DNA of 62,240 nt. Origin: a virus (Duplodnaviria > Caudoviricetes). The DNA lies in the IMG/VR virus record IMGVR_UViG_3300021225_000301, positions 1-62,240 of that record; one strand, given 5' to 3'. The position numbers were made by a program, and so were the translations under genes. This document shows positions 61,790 through 62,240 of the stretch, piece after piece. The notes beneath the pieces were generated by a model. It made no database searches, had not been told where the DNA came from, and saw only the letters and a program-made list of their open reading frames with translations. Within the stretch, counting starts at the first letter, position 1; each line of letters opens with the position of its first letter.

Positions 61790-61902
61790 TTTTTACCTCC
61801 CCGCAGCTTGTCGTACAGCTCGACAAGAATGATCGTGAGCGGCAGGGAAACAATCAGTACAACGCCAGCGCCCAGCAGGAATAGAACGATGGGTAGGGTC
61901 AT
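61786..61902 (-). CDS. Small single-TM protein, 38 aa
   Basis: AAGGAG RBS; hydrophobic; coupled to both neighbours. Confidence 0.55.
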   Translation of the reverse strand: MTLPIVLFLLGAGVVLIVSLPLTIILVELYDKLRGGKK

Positions 61903-62141
61903 GTGTTCTTCTCCTTGAGCTTGGTGAAAATGCGCTTATAGATGTGAGCCGACAGGTACTGATCCGGAGTGATTTTGAAGCACTCGTCAATCTCTTCCCA
62001 CGTCAGCCCCACCCATTCCCGGCGCACCAGCCCCAACAGATACTCGATGGCTTGTGCGGCATGGTCTGCCGTGCTTGCCCTTGTCTTGTCCCTGAGTTGC
62101 TTAGCGTAAGCCTCGCATTCTTCTATGCTCCACGGTCTCAT
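61899..62141 (-). CDS. Hypothetical protein with C-terminal WVGLT.EE...KLKEKN module
   Basis: 80-aa ORF. Confidence 0.7.
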   Translation of the reverse strand: MRPWSIEECEAYAKQLRDKTRASTADHAAQAIEYLLGLVRREWVGLTWEEIDECFKITPDQYLSAHIYKRIFTKLKEKNT

Positions 62142-62240
62142 GCGTTTTTCTCCCGCAGCTTCTTGACCACATCAACCATTGCCTCGTGCATCGTGTCACT
62201 GCGGTCATGGATTTCATCAAACTCTTCCAGCGTCAGCCCC
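62138..62240 (-). CDS. 3' end of a gene entering from the right edge (GLTLEE...KLREKNA)
   Basis: Manual translation; probably the continuation of the 1-348 gene. Confidence 0.6.
   Translation of the reverse strand, partial: GLTLEEFDEIHDRSDTMHEAMVDVVKKLREKNA

Overview
This window is a near-complete ~62 kb genome of a tailed dsDNA phage with podovirus-like architecture. The GC-rich sequence and gene set suggest a Gram-negative, probably betaproteobacterial host (inference). It has three blocks. (1) 1-9600, minus strand: many small early genes, including DUF932, a Gp88-like Cys protein and winged-HTH proteins, plus a candidate replication origin at ~8150-8520. (2) 10099-49436, plus strand: the late operon with TerS, TerL, portal, GroES-like co-chaperonin, scaffold, Mu gpT-like major capsid, small basic proteins, adaptors, fibres with two C1q modules, holin, GH108 endolysin, nozzle, ejection proteins and a 2140-aa polyvalent protein. 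(3) 49351-62240, minus strand: replication genes, including primase-DUF927 helicase, SSB, SNF2 helicase, PD-(D/E)XK nuclease, family A DNA polymerase, HNH, VRR-NUC and NrdR-like Zn ribbons. No integrase, tRNA, CRISPR array or reverse transcriptase was recognised. The most striking observation is a ~95-nt minus-strand transcription unit at 9948-10042, with its own sigma70-like promoter and intrinsic terminator, back-to-back with the late promoter. It carries two anti-Shine-Dalgarno/anti-start seeds complementary to a standardised initiation motif (AGGAGAA(A)GCA(A/G)ATG or AGGAGAAACGAAATG) found at about 14 early and replication genes but essentially absent from the late genes. This is a candidate sRNA master switch. 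Also notable are a repeated hairpin module between early genes, a shared palindromic operator, two structured RNA leaders and a recurrent x-x-x-G-G peptide tag in virion-internal proteins. Family assignments come from motif recognition by eye, not database searches.
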